A stretch of DNA of 64,000 nt, taken from NCBI GenBank assembly GCA_963665815.1, contig OY762463.1, forward strand, positions 3,232,001-3,296,000, given 5' to 3'. The DNA comes from Candidatus Cloacimonadales bacterium (GTDB lineage Bacteria; Cloacimonadota; Cloacimonadia; Cloacimonadales; JAIOQZ01). Each line of letters opens with the position of its first letter. Position 1 is the stretch's first letter. Position numbers and translations under genes: made by a program. The notes under the pieces are model-generated. The model was not told the origin of the DNA. It worked only from the letters and a program-made list of their open reading frames with translations, and ran no database searches. Positions 49,132 through 59,857 of this stretch are shown here, in pieces.

Positions 49132-51444
49132 TTATACTCCTTCCGAAAAATCATTTCTTTTTCCATAAAATCTAAGTGAAATTACAAATACGGCAATAAC
49201 CGATGTAACAATTCCCAACCATACTGCTGAACCTGCAGGATGCGCTGCAAACGTTGCAATCTGATAGAAGAACGTAGATAACAACCAGGCAAGTAATGTG
49301 AGATATAATAAGGCGAATGTCATCCACTTGAAGTTTGTTTCTCTGTAGATTGCTCCTATCACTGCTATACATGGTGCATAAATAAGTATGAACAGCATGT
49401 AGGCGAATGCTGCACTCTTTGATCCGAATCTCTCCATCATTACCTGCTCGGAGGTTGTGGATAAACCTGATTCCTGATTCTTAACATCTGTAGAAACCTG
49501 ACTGAGCGCTGATGGATCTTTCATTGCATGACCAAAGTCCCTAAATCCTTGTGGTATCTCCAAGAAGGATTGTCCTATTTCGTGCCAGAACCTGAATTCT
49601 TCAGGATCAGCATCCATTTCCAGATCAGATGAATAAAGAGCGTCAAGAGTGCCTACTACAGCTTCTTTTGCCATTATTCCTGTGAACAATCCTACAGTTG
49701 CCGGCCAGTTATCGGAGGAGATTCCCATTGGGTGAAACACAGGTGTTATTGCTTTACCAATTTCACTGAGTAAAGTCTGATCGAGCGGATGCTCTCCTAT
49801 TGTACCGTCTGCTCCAATTGCACTGAGAATATTAAGTATAACAACTACAACAAGTATAACTTGTCCGGCTTTCCAGATAAAGCTTTTCAGTTTTTGCCAG
49901 GTATGGAGCATTATCCCGTTGAATGTTGGTATATGATAAGGAGGGAGCTCCATTACAAATGTGGAAATCTCGCCCTTAAGAATAGTCTTTTTAAACAGCA
50001 ATCCTGACAGTATTGCCAGTACAATTCCAATAAGGTAAATCAGGAATATATATGTTCCACCAGCTTTTCCAAAGAAAACAGAAGCAAACAATACATAGAC
50101 CGGCATTCTTGCCCCGCAGGACATGAATGGATTTATCAGGATAGACAGTAATCTGTCTTTATTGTTATCCAGAGTCCTGGTAGCCATAATAGCTGGGACA
50201 TTACAACCAAAGCCTACAAGCATCGGGATGAATGCTTTTCCCGGAAGCCCAATAAAGCGCATGAATCTATCCATGATGAATGCTGCTCTTGCCATGTAAC
50301 CGGAATCTTCGAGAATTGCAAGACTAAGAAACATGAACAGTATTCGGGGAATGAAGGTTGCAACAACCTGAATACCGCCACCGATACCATTTGCCAGAAA
50401 GACTGTCAAGCCTTCCGGTGTATTCATTTTTCTTAAAAGGACTGCAAAGCCATCCACGAAAATAGCTCCCGTGAATCGATCAAAAAAATTAATAAAAGGA
50501 TCACCAACGTTGATTGTTATAAGAAAAACAAGATACATTACTCCAAGGAATAGAGGTACACCTATTGTTCTGTTCAGAGCTACTCTGTCAATAATGTCAG
50601 AAACAGTTCTTCTGAGTTCGGTTTCTCTTCTGACAACATCTTTTACAAGTCCATGTATAAAGCCATATCGACCGTCAGCAATTACAATATCTGTTTCGTC
50701 ACCAACATGTCTGCTGATTCTCTCTGACTGTCCCTGGATTATGTTACTTATCTCGGTAACAGACTGAGGATTATTCAAAGTATTGGAAATGATTTCCAGA
50801 GCTGTTTTATCTTTTTCAAGTAGTTTTATTGCAAGCCATCTTTTCTTTACTGTGAATTCGACACCGCATTCTTCCAGTGTATTGGCAATACATTTTACAG
50901 CTTGTTCTACAATCTCGTCATATACAACCTGAGTTCTTGGAACATTCTTTTTCTCAGCATGTTCGAGTATATTATTTTTAAGCTCTTCAATCCCTTCTTT
51001 TCTACTGGCAGTAATTGTATTAACTGGACAGTCCAGATGGTAAGCCAGATGTTCAATATCAATACGAATTTTTTTTTGAAGAGCAATATCCATCATGTTG
51101 ATAACAAGAATCATCGGAACTTTCATTTCGAGAAGCTGAGTTGTGAGATACAGGTTTCTTTCCAGATTGGAAGCATCAACAATGTTGACTACCAGATCAG
51201 GCTTTTCCTGAAGAATGTAGTCGCGAGCCACTTTTTCATCCATTGAGAAGGCAGAGAAGGAGTATATACCGGGAAGGTCTATAACCTCAATTTTCGTGTC
51301 TTTATGAGTAAAGGTACCTTCTTTCCTCTCGACGGTAACTCCAGCCCAGTTGCCAACTCGCTGTTTAGCTCCGGTCAGGGCATTAAACAGTGTTGTTTTG
51401 CCTGAATTAGGATTACCGGTCAGTGCAATTCTAAGATTATTCAC
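49132..51444 (-). CDS. feoB: Ferrous iron transporter B
   Basis: GNPNSGKTTLFN, GNWAGVTVE, DLPG, GFGCNVP, PFMSC, MELPPY. Confidence 0.97.
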   Translation of the reverse strand: MNNLRIALTGNPNSGKTTLFNALTGAKQRVGNWAGVTVERKEGTFTHKDTKIEVIDLPGIYSFSAFSMDEKVARDYILQEKPDLVVNIVDASNLERNLYLTTQLLEMKVPMILVINMMDIALQKKIRIDIEHLAYHLDCPVNTITASRKEGIEELKNNILEHAEKKNVPRTQVVYDEIVEQAVKCIANTLEECGVEFTVKKRWLAIKLLEKDKTALEIISNTLNNPQSVTEISNIIQGQSERISRHVGDETDIVIADGRYGFIHGLVKDVVRRETELRRTVSDIIDRVALNRTIGVPLFLGVMYLVFLITINVGDPFINFFDRFTGAIFVDGFAVLLRKMNTPEGLTVFLANGIGGGIQVVATFIPRILFMFLSLAILEDSGYMARAAFIMDRFMRFIGLPGKAFIPMLVGFGCNVPAIMATRTLDNNKDRLLSILINPFMSCGARMPVYVLFASVFFGKAGGTYIFLIYLIGIVLAILSGLLFKKTILKGEISTFVMELPPYHIPTFNGIMLHTWQKLKSFIWKAGQVILVVVVILNILSAIGADGTIGEHPLDQTLLSEIGKAITPVFHPMGISSDNWPATVGLFTGIMAKEAVVGTLDALYSSDLEMDADPEEFRFWHEIGQSFLEIPQGFRDFGHAMKDPSALSQVSTDVKNQESGLSTTSEQVMMERFGSKSAAFAYMLFILIYAPCIAVIGAIYRETNFKWMTFALLYLTLLAWLLSTFFYQIATFAAHPAGSAVWLGIVTSVIAVFVISLRFYGKRNDFSEGV

Positions 51445-51850
51445 CCGAATCTCCTGAGATCACAATACCCTTTTCATCAAGTTTATCTATCAGTTTTTCC
51501 AATTGTCTCATTGTTACATCATCCAGAGAATGTTCAATGCTGCACGCATTGTTTTCTGCAATTTCATGAGGAATACTAAGATATTTGTGGAAAAAATCTG
51601 TGAGTGTTTTATGACGTTTGTATATCTTCTCGGCTACCTGCTTGCCTTTATCTGTAAGTTCAATCTGACCGTATTTATGGTGCACAACAAGAGTTTTTTC
51701 TTCCAGTTGCTTAACAGCTGAAACAGCCGATGATTTTTTAACATCCATCTTCAGGGCAAGATCGGTAATTCTTACCGGAGCTCCCTGATTATGCAGAAGT
51801 AGTATGCATTCAAGGTAATCACCTTTACTTTGTCCCAGATTCTGAATCAT
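51437..51850 (-). CDS. DtxR/MntR family metal-dependent repressor
   Basis: DYLECI, RITDLA, LT..G...A..IYKRH, ACSIEH. Confidence 0.9.
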   Translation of the reverse strand: MIQNLGQSKGDYLECILLLHNQGAPVRITDLALKMDVKKSSAVSAVKQLEEKTLVVHHKYGQIELTDKGKQVAEKIYKRHKTLTDFFHKYLSIPHEIAENNACSIEHSLDDVTMRQLEKLIDKLDEKGIVISGDSGE

Positions 51851-51867
51851 AGCATCTCCTTGAATCT

Positions 51868-51902
51868 GTTAGAATTCACTAACTTTGTTAGTAGTGACTA
51901 AC
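51868..51902. promoter_or_regulatory. Tandem DtxR-family operator boxes
   Basis: GTTAG-aattca-CTAAC, then ttt, then GTTAG-tagtga-CTAAC, immediately upstream of the repressor gene. Confidence 0.7.
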
Positions 51903-51939
51903 AGGTTGCAGGGACTACTATATGTCAAGAAGTTTCTCG

Positions 51940-52602
51940 TTAAAGTTTTTTATTAATCAGAGCACGGTAAATTTCTGTAGCAATATTCCTTTTAAACAGG
52001 AATTTGTAGGCTAAAAATGCAAAGCCGATTATTGATGCCAGAATAACTACTACAGCAACAGTTGAAGACTTTGCGGTAAAGGCAATAATTGAAAGAGCAA
52101 CAGCAAGAGCAAAGAAGACAAACATCATTATCATCATGAATTTTACTGAAGATACTTTAGAAACCTTATCATATCTTTGCCATTTTCTTTCGTTTTTCAA
52201 TATCGCTTCATCAACCTGTTTCATTGCTTCCAGAGAATTGGATGAAAGATTAAGTTCTTCCTGTTTAGGTAAAATTGTAATCTTTGGAAGATGATCAAGA
52301 TGGGCTCTGTGCAGGACAATCTCTTTACATCCCGGACAGACGTACAGTTTCACCGGTAAACTCTGAATTGTATGGTCAATTCCAAAATAAGCATTATTAC
52401 AGCTTACACAACTGCCAAACAAGTTGTCATTTCTACTTTTGGTTTTTTGCAGGATTTCTCTCAATGGTTTAGGATCGTACCCTTCTTTTTTTAATAAACT
52501 GTAACTCCACGCCTGATAATTACAGACTTCACAGTGAAAGTACATTCCATTCTTTATCTGCTTTTGATGCATTATATTATTACATGAAGGACATAAATTC
52601 AT
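51940..52602 (-). CDS. Hypothetical zinc-ribbon membrane protein
   Basis: Four CxxC motifs and two C-terminal TM helices. Confidence 0.6.
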   Translation of the reverse strand: MNLCPSCNNIMHQKQIKNGMYFHCEVCNYQAWSYSLLKKEGYDPKPLREILQKTKSRNDNLFGSCVSCNNAYFGIDHTIQSLPVKLYVCPGCKEIVLHRAHLDHLPKITILPKQEELNLSSNSLEAMKQVDEAILKNERKWQRYDKVSKVSSVKFMMIMMFVFFALAVALSIIAFTAKSSTVAVVVILASIIGFAFLAYKFLFKRNIATEIYRALINKKL

Positions 52603-52623
52603 GTTCTCACCCCTTTCTTATGC

Positions 52624-53415
52624 TTATTTTATCAGATCTTTAACAAATTTAAAATTCGGAATCTTCGTCTTTTTGAGTATACCTTTCACTCCAATTGCAC
52701 CGGAAGGACAGTTATAAACACAACGCATACACATTAGACAATTTGATCCGAAATGAATATCCCTATCGGTTTCTCTGACATTATGGGTAGGGCAAAGGTA
52801 AAAACACTTTCCGCAGTGTATACATTTTTCATCCGCATATAGTCTTTTGCCAAAGAAAGGAGCCATCAACCTGTCCTCAAACCGAGAAGACAGCTTTGAT
52901 ACAATTTCATTGAACAGGCTGTAATTGTATAAGCTCTTTTTATTGGAAATAAGCTCAGATATTATTATTTCTATCTGTTTTTCAGCTTTTTTTACAATTT
53001 TTTTAATTTCTTTTTCTCCGGGTCTTGTCATTAGATTAGACACCATAAGAATAAGTTTCTCATAAGTTGGAATGTATCCTTTTGCTTTGAGTGCTTTCTG
53101 TAACGGAGTCGTTGATCCTCCATACATAGCTCTGTCCGCAGAGTTTTTCAGGATAAAACAGTGTCTTGAAGAAACCACAGGCAGTTCATTAACAAAATCA
53201 TAGAATATTCTGGGAGCATTAAACGCATGAACAGGAAATGCAAACCCGAACATGTTATAAATATCATAATCAATGTTCGTCTTCTTAAGCAGAATCTTTT
53301 CGATAGGATACAGATCAACTTTTCCGACTGATTCAGGAAACGTGTCTTTAAATATTTCGCAGATCAATTCCGTATTTCCTGTTCCGGAAAAATAGAAAAG
53401 TGCAATATTCTTCAT
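52624..53415 (-). CDS. EFR1 family flavodoxin-ferredoxin fusion
   Basis: YFSGTGNT, GFAFPV; CIHCGKC..CP and CLMCMRC..CP. Confidence 0.88.
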   Translation of the reverse strand: MKNIALFYFSGTGNTELICEIFKDTFPESVGKVDLYPIEKILLKKTNIDYDIYNMFGFAFPVHAFNAPRIFYDFVNELPVVSSRHCFILKNSADRAMYGGSTTPLQKALKAKGYIPTYEKLILMVSNLMTRPGEKEIKKIVKKAEKQIEIIISELISNKKSLYNYSLFNEIVSKLSSRFEDRLMAPFFGKRLYADEKCIHCGKCFYLCPTHNVRETDRDIHFGSNCLMCMRCVYNCPSGAIGVKGILKKTKIPNFKFVKDLIK

Positions 53416-53573
53416 TATAACCTCTTAACTATCTTATAAACACTATGAAATTAATGTCAAAGTATATTGTTATTTTTTGTTCATTGACATAGCAATCGAT
53501 AAAATACTTGCTAATTTTTGTAATGTTAAAGAATACTGATATCAATTACGTAAAGGACTTACAAGGCTATTCT

Positions 53574-55577
53574 ATGAATAAAACAAAAGAAGAACCAAAA
53601 TTTCTGTGGCGATTATTATTCGCTCTTTTATTTGTCACACCACTACTTTATACTAACATTACAATAGACTGGATAATTCCGATTAGATCCGTATTTGCAG
53701 CAATTGTTATTGTTCTGACAGCTGCTTATTCGCTGCGCAGAAAGTTAGCATTTCCAACTGCTCTTCTGAAGAATAGAAGTTTTCAATTTCTTATTCTTTA
53801 CATTCTGGCAGGATTAATCACATTCTTTTCAGCCTTGAACAAACATGAGTTTTTTGCAGCTACATCATTAAAACTGCTACTTCCTCTTCTCATTGTGGGA
53901 CTCTACATAATATTCAGGAATATTGAGAATCCTGTAGAGAAATCTTCAAGCTATGTCATTTATGGCAGTTTTGTTTTTACATTAATTTCTCTTCTTCAGG
54001 TAACTTTCAATGTGCTGGAATTTATTCCGTCTACATTTCTGGGAAGCAGTACATTTGCGAATGTGAATATGCTGACTACCGCTGTGATAATGAGTCTTCC
54101 ATTTTCAGTATATGGTATATACAAACTGGGAGTTTTTGAGAGAATTTTCGCATATTGCAACGTATTTATGACTGCTTACGTTGTTACAATTCTCAGAACA
54201 AGATCTGTCTGGCTGGCATCATCATTAAGTTTAATAGTTGTTCTCGGTTTATTGCTATTTCTTAAGAGAAAAGCCGAACTGAAACTTTGGAATAAGCCTG
54301 CAAGAAATATAATGATACTTATACTTATAGCTGTTTTAGCAGCTTCTGCTGCTTATGTAATTATTGAAAAGTACTTTCCCGATTCAGGATCAACACAAAG
54401 AATGAGAAAAGATGTATTGGGTGGTTCCACTGTTGCCGTGAGACTGGATGTATGGAAGAAATCGATGGAAATGATAAAAGAACATCCATTAATCGGTGTT
54501 GGTAGCGGAAACTGGTCATTGAACATTAACAAATATGGAACAGAAGGAATGCGATCCGAAAAGGGGGAATTGTCATATAGACGACCGCATAATGATTATA
54601 TATGGATAGCTTCTGAGAATGGAATTGTTATTTTGATTCTTTACGCTGCATTTCTGCTTTCCATTTATATCAGTGGCATAAAAAACCTTCTCAAGGGAGA
54701 TAGAGTCCGATGGGAGAATTTGATTGCTCTATTCGGGATCAAAGTATACGGCATAATTGCCTTATTCAGTTTTCCGGGGGAGAGAGTTTATAATCTAAGT
54801 CTTCTTGCTTTGTTCTGTGTAATTATTATTCTCAATCAAGAAGAAAGTGACCGGAAGAAGTTTGAGAAATATCCGTGGGTGGTTTATACTCTTGTCGCTG
54901 TAATTTTTCTTGGAGTAAGTGTGTCGCGTTTTCAATCAGATGTATTTATGAGAAAGATAGCTGATACTCGTCAGGAGATAGATCAGCTCAGAGTTGCAAA
55001 AGGACAGAAACGTATTCCTGCTCATTCTGCTGATTTAAGAATAAACAGTCTCAGGTCGGCAATTACAAAGTATGCTCAGAATGCATATACTCCTGTTTAC
55101 TCAGTAGATCCTACGGTCACACATGTTCTTGCATTCAAAGCCAAAATGTTGTTTGATATGGGAAAATACAATGAATCTCTGACAGTGTATCTGAAAACTC
55201 TTGAAGAAAACCCATATCATCTGTATACAATGTTTTCAACTGCTTTGACTTATGAAAAACTTCGGAAGACTAAAGAAGAACTTGAAATGCATAATAAAAT
55301 TCTTGAAATTGCTCCATCGTTTCCGGGGTCACTTCTTGAACTGTCAGCAAAATCTGCATTGAAGGGTGATACTGAGTCAGCCTATGAGTATTTCATTAAA
55401 GTGGATAAACAGATAAATATTGTCAGATACAATGCAATAGCCATGAGTTTGACAGAGCAATATCTTAAGAAGAGCAATAACAAAAAAGCCAGAGAAGTAT
55501 TCAGCAAAATTGAAGGTGATATTCCTGTTCCTCAGTATAAAGAACTCAAAGAAATTCTTGGTAATCTCAAGCAATGA
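53574..55577 (+). CDS. O-antigen ligase family protein with TPR-like C-terminus
   Basis: STFANVN, TRSVW, RL.VW, HPLIGVGSGN, RPHNDY; helical TPR-like tail. Confidence 0.82.
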   Translation: MNKTKEEPKFLWRLLFALLFVTPLLYTNITIDWIIPIRSVFAAIVIVLTAAYSLRRKLAFPTALLKNRSFQFLILYILAGLITFFSALNKHEFFAATSLKLLLPLLIVGLYIIFRNIENPVEKSSSYVIYGSFVFTLISLLQVTFNVLEFIPSTFLGSSTFANVNMLTTAVIMSLPFSVYGIYKLGVFERIFAYCNVFMTAYVVTILRTRSVWLASSLSLIVVLGLLLFLKRKAELKLWNKPARNIMILILIAVLAASAAYVIIEKYFPDSGSTQRMRKDVLGGSTVAVRLDVWKKSMEMIKEHPLIGVGSGNWSLNINKYGTEGMRSEKGELSYRRPHNDYIWIASENGIVILILYAAFLLSIYISGIKNLLKGDRVRWENLIALFGIKVYGIIALFSFPGERVYNLSLLALFCVIIILNQEESDRKKFEKYPWVVYTLVAVIFLGVSVSRFQSDVFMRKIADTRQEIDQLRVAKGQKRIPAHSADLRINSLRSAITKYAQNAYTPVYSVDPTVTHVLAFKAKMLFDMGKYNESLTVYLKTLEENPYHLYTMFSTALTYEKLRKTKEELEMHNKILEIAPSFPGSLLELSAKSALKGDTESAYEYFIKVDKQINIVRYNAIAMSLTEQYLKKSNNKKAREVFSKIEGDIPVPQYKELKEILGNLKQ

Positions 55578-56881
55578 TAATTTTATCTTTACCTTATTGC
55601 AGAAACTGGAAAGAAATCGTTAAAGACAGTGATCCGAATGGAATTGTTGAGAAAACAGAGCTGAGATTTGATCTGGGAAATGTACCTCTTGATTCTGTTC
55701 ATGGGTGTTTCGATGATACATGTATACTGACAGTAAGAGGTAATGTTGAAAACAAGAGAAGGTTCATAGATTATCACATAGAAAACTCAAAATGCCAGTT
55801 TGATCTGGATCATTCAATTGTGGGGGAGTTCAACATACCTGCAGAAAGACTTATCGTGTCATATCATGATTTTTCTACAGTACCGGATATTATAGCATTG
55901 AAACAATTCCTGAGTAGGTACTCAGAAACATCATTCTGCTTTATAAAAACTGCCATTAATATTCCCGATTTCAAATCATTGATTAATGTGCAGGAAGTTC
56001 TTAATGATTTCAGTGGTAAGCTGATATTTGTCGGAATGGGGAAATTAGGGAAGCTTGCCAGAATAATGTACAAACAATTCGGTTCTGAAGCTGTATATAC
56101 GGGGATTCAGGGTAGGGAAACAGCCGAAGGTCAGATTACTCTGAATGAATTATACATGTATTATCCGGTTGATGCAAAAACTGAAATTGGCGGGATAATA
56201 GGTGGAGAACAGGTGCAGGATTCTCTGGGGATAGATTTCTATAATGCGGAGTTCAGAAAACGAAAGCTGAATGCAAGATATCTTCCCTTCGTTATAGATA
56301 ATCCTGAAGATTTTGTTGACTGGCTGAAAAATCGTACATGCAGGATAAACTTTTACGGCTTCTCAATCACAATGCCTGCTAAAAAAACTATCCCGAAGCT
56401 TTTATCCTTCGAAGGTGTTGCTAACCTGATGTTATGGAAATCCGGAAGATTCCTGAACACAGACCTTGATGCATTCATTAGAATCAGAGAGCATATAGAA
56501 AAACTTCCTGATTTGCCAATCGTTATTTACGGTTATGGAGCTTCTGCTGAAAATGCTGTAAAAGTATTGGCTGGTTATCATTTAATGGTTTGCGGAAGAA
56601 ATCAGGTGAAAATTCAGAGTTTTTGTAATAAACATTCTCTGCCTGTATTCAACCCGGATACAGTTGACAGATATATATTTATAAACTGTACTCCAATGAA
56701 ACTTGAATCATTGTTTGACGAATTTCAGGGGATAGAGTATTTGTTTAATCTAAACTATCCGACAGTCATTTCAAAAGACAGAAGATTAGTTTTTACAGGT
56801 GAAGACTTCTGGAAATATCAGGCGGAAAGGCAGCTTGAAGAGTTTCTGAATGAAATTAATTCTGATAAAGGATTGAAATGA
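55574..56881 (+). CDS. Bifunctional type I dehydroquinase / shikimate dehydrogenase (divergent AroD-AroE fusion)
   Basis: ELRFD, VSYHDF, GMGKLG..AR, GQ; GFSITMPAK, NTD, INCTP. Confidence 0.72.
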   Translation: MIILSLPYCRNWKEIVKDSDPNGIVEKTELRFDLGNVPLDSVHGCFDDTCILTVRGNVENKRRFIDYHIENSKCQFDLDHSIVGEFNIPAERLIVSYHDFSTVPDIIALKQFLSRYSETSFCFIKTAINIPDFKSLINVQEVLNDFSGKLIFVGMGKLGKLARIMYKQFGSEAVYTGIQGRETAEGQITLNELYMYYPVDAKTEIGGIIGGEQVQDSLGIDFYNAEFRKRKLNARYLPFVIDNPEDFVDWLKNRTCRINFYGFSITMPAKKTIPKLLSFEGVANLMLWKSGRFLNTDLDAFIRIREHIEKLPDLPIVIYGYGASAENAVKVLAGYHLMVCGRNQVKIQSFCNKHSLPVFNPDTVDRYIFINCTPMKLESLFDEFQGIEYLFNLNYPTVISKDRRLVFTGEDFWKYQAERQLEEFLNEINSDKGLK

Positions 56882-57591
56882 AGAAAATACTAATATCAAT
56901 ATTCTTTTTAACATCTTTGTTATTGAATTGCCTGAATATAATGTTTATCGACAGTATTAATTTGAATGAAGACGACCTTCAGGCGGAAATTGATTTATTT
57001 GGCAGATCTGCCGTTGATTCTCTCAGTGATAATGCTCTCAAGATTTTCTCAGGAAAGATTAAAATTGGTAATGAGTCAATAAATGACAGTCTACAGAAAG
57101 AAATTATGTCTCTCATGAATGCTGACTGGTATATTCCCGATGGCTATAAATTCACTGAAGGCAGTGCTGAAATCCTGGCATCTAATATTGGTGAGGGAAA
57201 TGCTGAAAAGTGTATTTATGAATCAAATGATCTGAAGATTGGGGTTTTCTCTTTATATTCCCCTGATTACCCGGTGAGAAATAATATTCCTGATTCAACA
57301 AAATTCAAGTACAACCTGGACGATATCATGAAAGAATATATACTGGAACTTTCAGCAGAAACTGATTATATACTTTTATGCACAAGTATTCCGAAGAAAA
57401 TTATTAAGAATCTGGTCAAAGGACTTCCTGTGGACTTTGTATACAGTACTGATTATAAGAAATACACTGAAGATGTTCTGAATGACCAAACGTATTTTAT
57501 GGCAGTTAAACCGGATCAGATCGGTGTACTGAGTATTGCATCGGATTCAACCGGTACGTATGAGTATAAAGAATATGGAAGAGAACAATAG
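56878..57591 (+). CDS. Hypothetical exported protein (weak 5'-nucleotidase-like fragments)
   Basis: Signal peptide; ILASNI, KIGVFSL; overlaps both neighbours. Confidence 0.5.
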   Translation: MKKILISIFFLTSLLLNCLNIMFIDSINLNEDDLQAEIDLFGRSAVDSLSDNALKIFSGKIKIGNESINDSLQKEIMSLMNADWYIPDGYKFTEGSAEILASNIGEGNAEKCIYESNDLKIGVFSLYSPDYPVRNNIPDSTKFKYNLDDIMKEYILELSAETDYILLCTSIPKKIIKNLVKGLPVDFVYSTDYKKYTEDVLNDQTYFMAVKPDQIGVLSIASDSTGTYEYKEYGREQ

Positions 57592-58486
57592 CATCATTGT
57601 AGAAAATTATTCTAAGTTCCTTAAATCTGCGGGATTATCATCTCATAGTGTTTTAGCATATATCAAGGATACTGAGCAATTTTTGACTTTTACAGAAAAG
57701 TACTTCGAGAATGGAATTGTCAGACTGAATGAGATTAAGAAATACATGCTAAGAGATTTTCTGATGCAATTGAATTCCGATGGATGCAAGAACAGAACAT
57801 TGGCACGCAAAACAACTGCATTGAAAAAGTTTTTCGGCTTTCTATTGAAGAGAAATGAAATTGAGGATAATCCTGTTGAAAACATGAAAACTCCACGATA
57901 CGATAAAACACTACCATCTTATTTTACTGAAGATGAGATGACTCAGTTGTTGTTGATACCGGATCTGACAACTAAATTTGGGATTCGCAACAGAGCAATA
58001 CTGGAACTTATATATTCCTGTGGATTACGGATAAGCGAAGTATCAGGAGCTTTAATTACTAATCTGAATCTGAACAAAAAACTGATTAAGGTTTTTGGTA
58101 AAAGAAGCAAAGAGAGAATTATTCCACTTACAAATGAATCTGTAAAAGCTCTGAGAGCTTATTTGAAACTGCGATCTCGCTTTGATACTCAACAGAATAT
58201 TCATCTGTTCCTGACCAAAAGTGGTAACCGGATGCAGACTTCAGAACTACGTCATATGATTCAGAGATACATTAGTCTTATTACTTCTCAGAAAGGTTAT
58301 AGTCCACACACCATCAGACATTCTTTTGCTACTCACATGCTGAATGATGGAGCAGATCTAAGATCAATACAGGAGATGCTCGGACATGCAAATCTATCGT
58401 CTACTGAGATTTATACTCATGTTTCATTGAAGGAAATTAAACAGCAATACCATAACAATCATCCCCGATCGAAAAAGAAGAAATAA
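57575..58486 (+). CDS. xerC: Tyrosine recombinase XerC
   Basis: [52 protein letters not shown]. Confidence 0.88.
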   Translation: MEENNSIIVENYSKFLKSAGLSSHSVLAYIKDTEQFLTFTEKYFENGIVRLNEIKKYMLRDFLMQLNSDGCKNRTLARKTTALKKFFGFLLKRNEIEDNPVENMKTPRYDKTLPSYFTEDEMTQLLLIPDLTTKFGIRNRAILELIYSCGLRISEVSGALITNLNLNKKLIKVFGKRSKERIIPLTNESVKALRAYLKLRSRFDTQQNIHLFLTKSGNRMQTSELRHMIQRYISLITSQKGYSPHTIRHSFATHMLNDGADLRSIQEMLGHANLSSTEIYTHVSLKEIKQQYHNNHPRSKKKK

Positions 58487-58745
58487 CCAAAGGTTTTTCA
58501 GAATAGCAAAAATCATCTGCTTATTACCAAACTATTCACAAGCAGAAGCATTCTAACAGAAAATTTCAGCAAATTATAAAAATAAGTCAAAAAAATAATC
58601 ATAAATATACAAGGGAGTTTAATAAGCATTCAATTTTATTCTGGCATGTTTTTATATTTACAGAAATCTTTGCATAATTGGGTAGGTGCTCAATTTAACT
58701 ATTCTGCGAAGGTTTTTAACTATAACAGCAAGAAGTGAGGAAATT

Positions 58746-59469
58746 ATGAAAAAACTATTGGTAACTATAGTTCTGTTAGTACCTATGCTCATGTCAGCAA
58801 CAACTCATATTGTTAATGTTAGTGGAGGTGGAGATTTTTCTCAGATACAACCTGCTATCAATTCTTCAGTTGATGGGGACTCAATAATTGTATATCCCGG
58901 AATGTATATTGGCGGTTTAAATTTTAATGGTAAAAGTCTCGTTTTACATTCTTTGGAAGCAATTACAGATTCTGCATGCTATATTGACAGTACAATCATA
59001 AATGGATTTGTTATGTTCAGTTGCATTACTGCAATACAGCATGAAGAACAATTTGAAATCAGAGGTTTTTCCATCACTGGTGGAGATACAGACAGTGGTG
59101 GGGAATTCCAGAATATATGGAAGCTCTATAGATATTGGCTGTTTTGAATGGCAGTCTGTAGGAAGCACTATCCCGGATTTAGATTTTATTAATACTAAAG
59201 TAACTGCCTGCAACTACCCTAACCCTTTCAACCCGACCATAACTATAAAATACAGTCTCCCTGAAGAAGGCAATGTCTGTATTGAAGTGTACAATATAAA
59301 AGGACAGAAAGTTAAACAGCTTGTAAATGAGAACAAGGAAAGCGGACATCACTCAATTAAATGGAACGGGACAGACGATAACAATAAAAGTATCGGTTCC
59401 GGAGTATATTTCTATTAAGTCAACACGAAAAAGTCATCATTAATAAACAAAATGATAATGTTGAAATAG
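58746..59469 (+). pseudogene. Internally deleted, frameshifted paralogue of the 17558-19924 secreted protein
   Basis: N-terminal ~120 codons fused out of frame to GNSRIYGSSIDIGCFEWQ...CTD; TAA at 59416-59418 where the paralogue has AAA; ends NKMIMLK-TAG. Confidence 0.85.
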
Positions 59470-59472
59470 TGA

Positions 59473-59857
59473 TTGACAGTTAAGTCACTTTATATAAAAA
59501 TATAAAAAATAATTTCGAAGGAGAATATTAATGATTATTACAGCTGTCAATTAAGTATAACCATAGGTAAAACCGGAACTTTATGATATTTATATTGATA
59601 GTTATGTATTAATACTGAATTTGTATTTAAACTCATAAATAAATCTTAAGGGATCACCTGATGGTTGATCCCTTTTTCTGTGAACTTTTCAAGGCTTAAG
59701 GGATCAATGTCCTTTGAGCCTTTTTTAATACTGTGGAGGAATAATGAGAAGAGAATTTAACATGATTACAAAGATAGTTATGAAACCGGATACTTTACAA
59801 GTGAAAGCTATAGAATAAGAAATTAAACACCACAAAACTCTATTTAGAGGAGGATAT
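59473..59857 (+). promoter_or_regulatory. Attenuator-type leader of the ABC-F gene
   Basis: TTGACA at 59473; uORF MIITAVN (59531-59554, AAGGAG SD); terminator hairpins 59648-59677 and 59691-59726; 24-aa uORF 59744-59818 (GGAGG SD). Confidence 0.7.

Noticed and set aside
57575-58486. Phage or island integrase
   Set aside because: Size, motifs and operon context fit housekeeping XerC; no arm-binding domain or att sites seen.
19556-59469. Diversity-generating retroelement TR/VR pair between the two CTD copies
   Set aside because: Differences are mostly synonymous and not adenine-specific, and there is no reverse transcriptase in the window.
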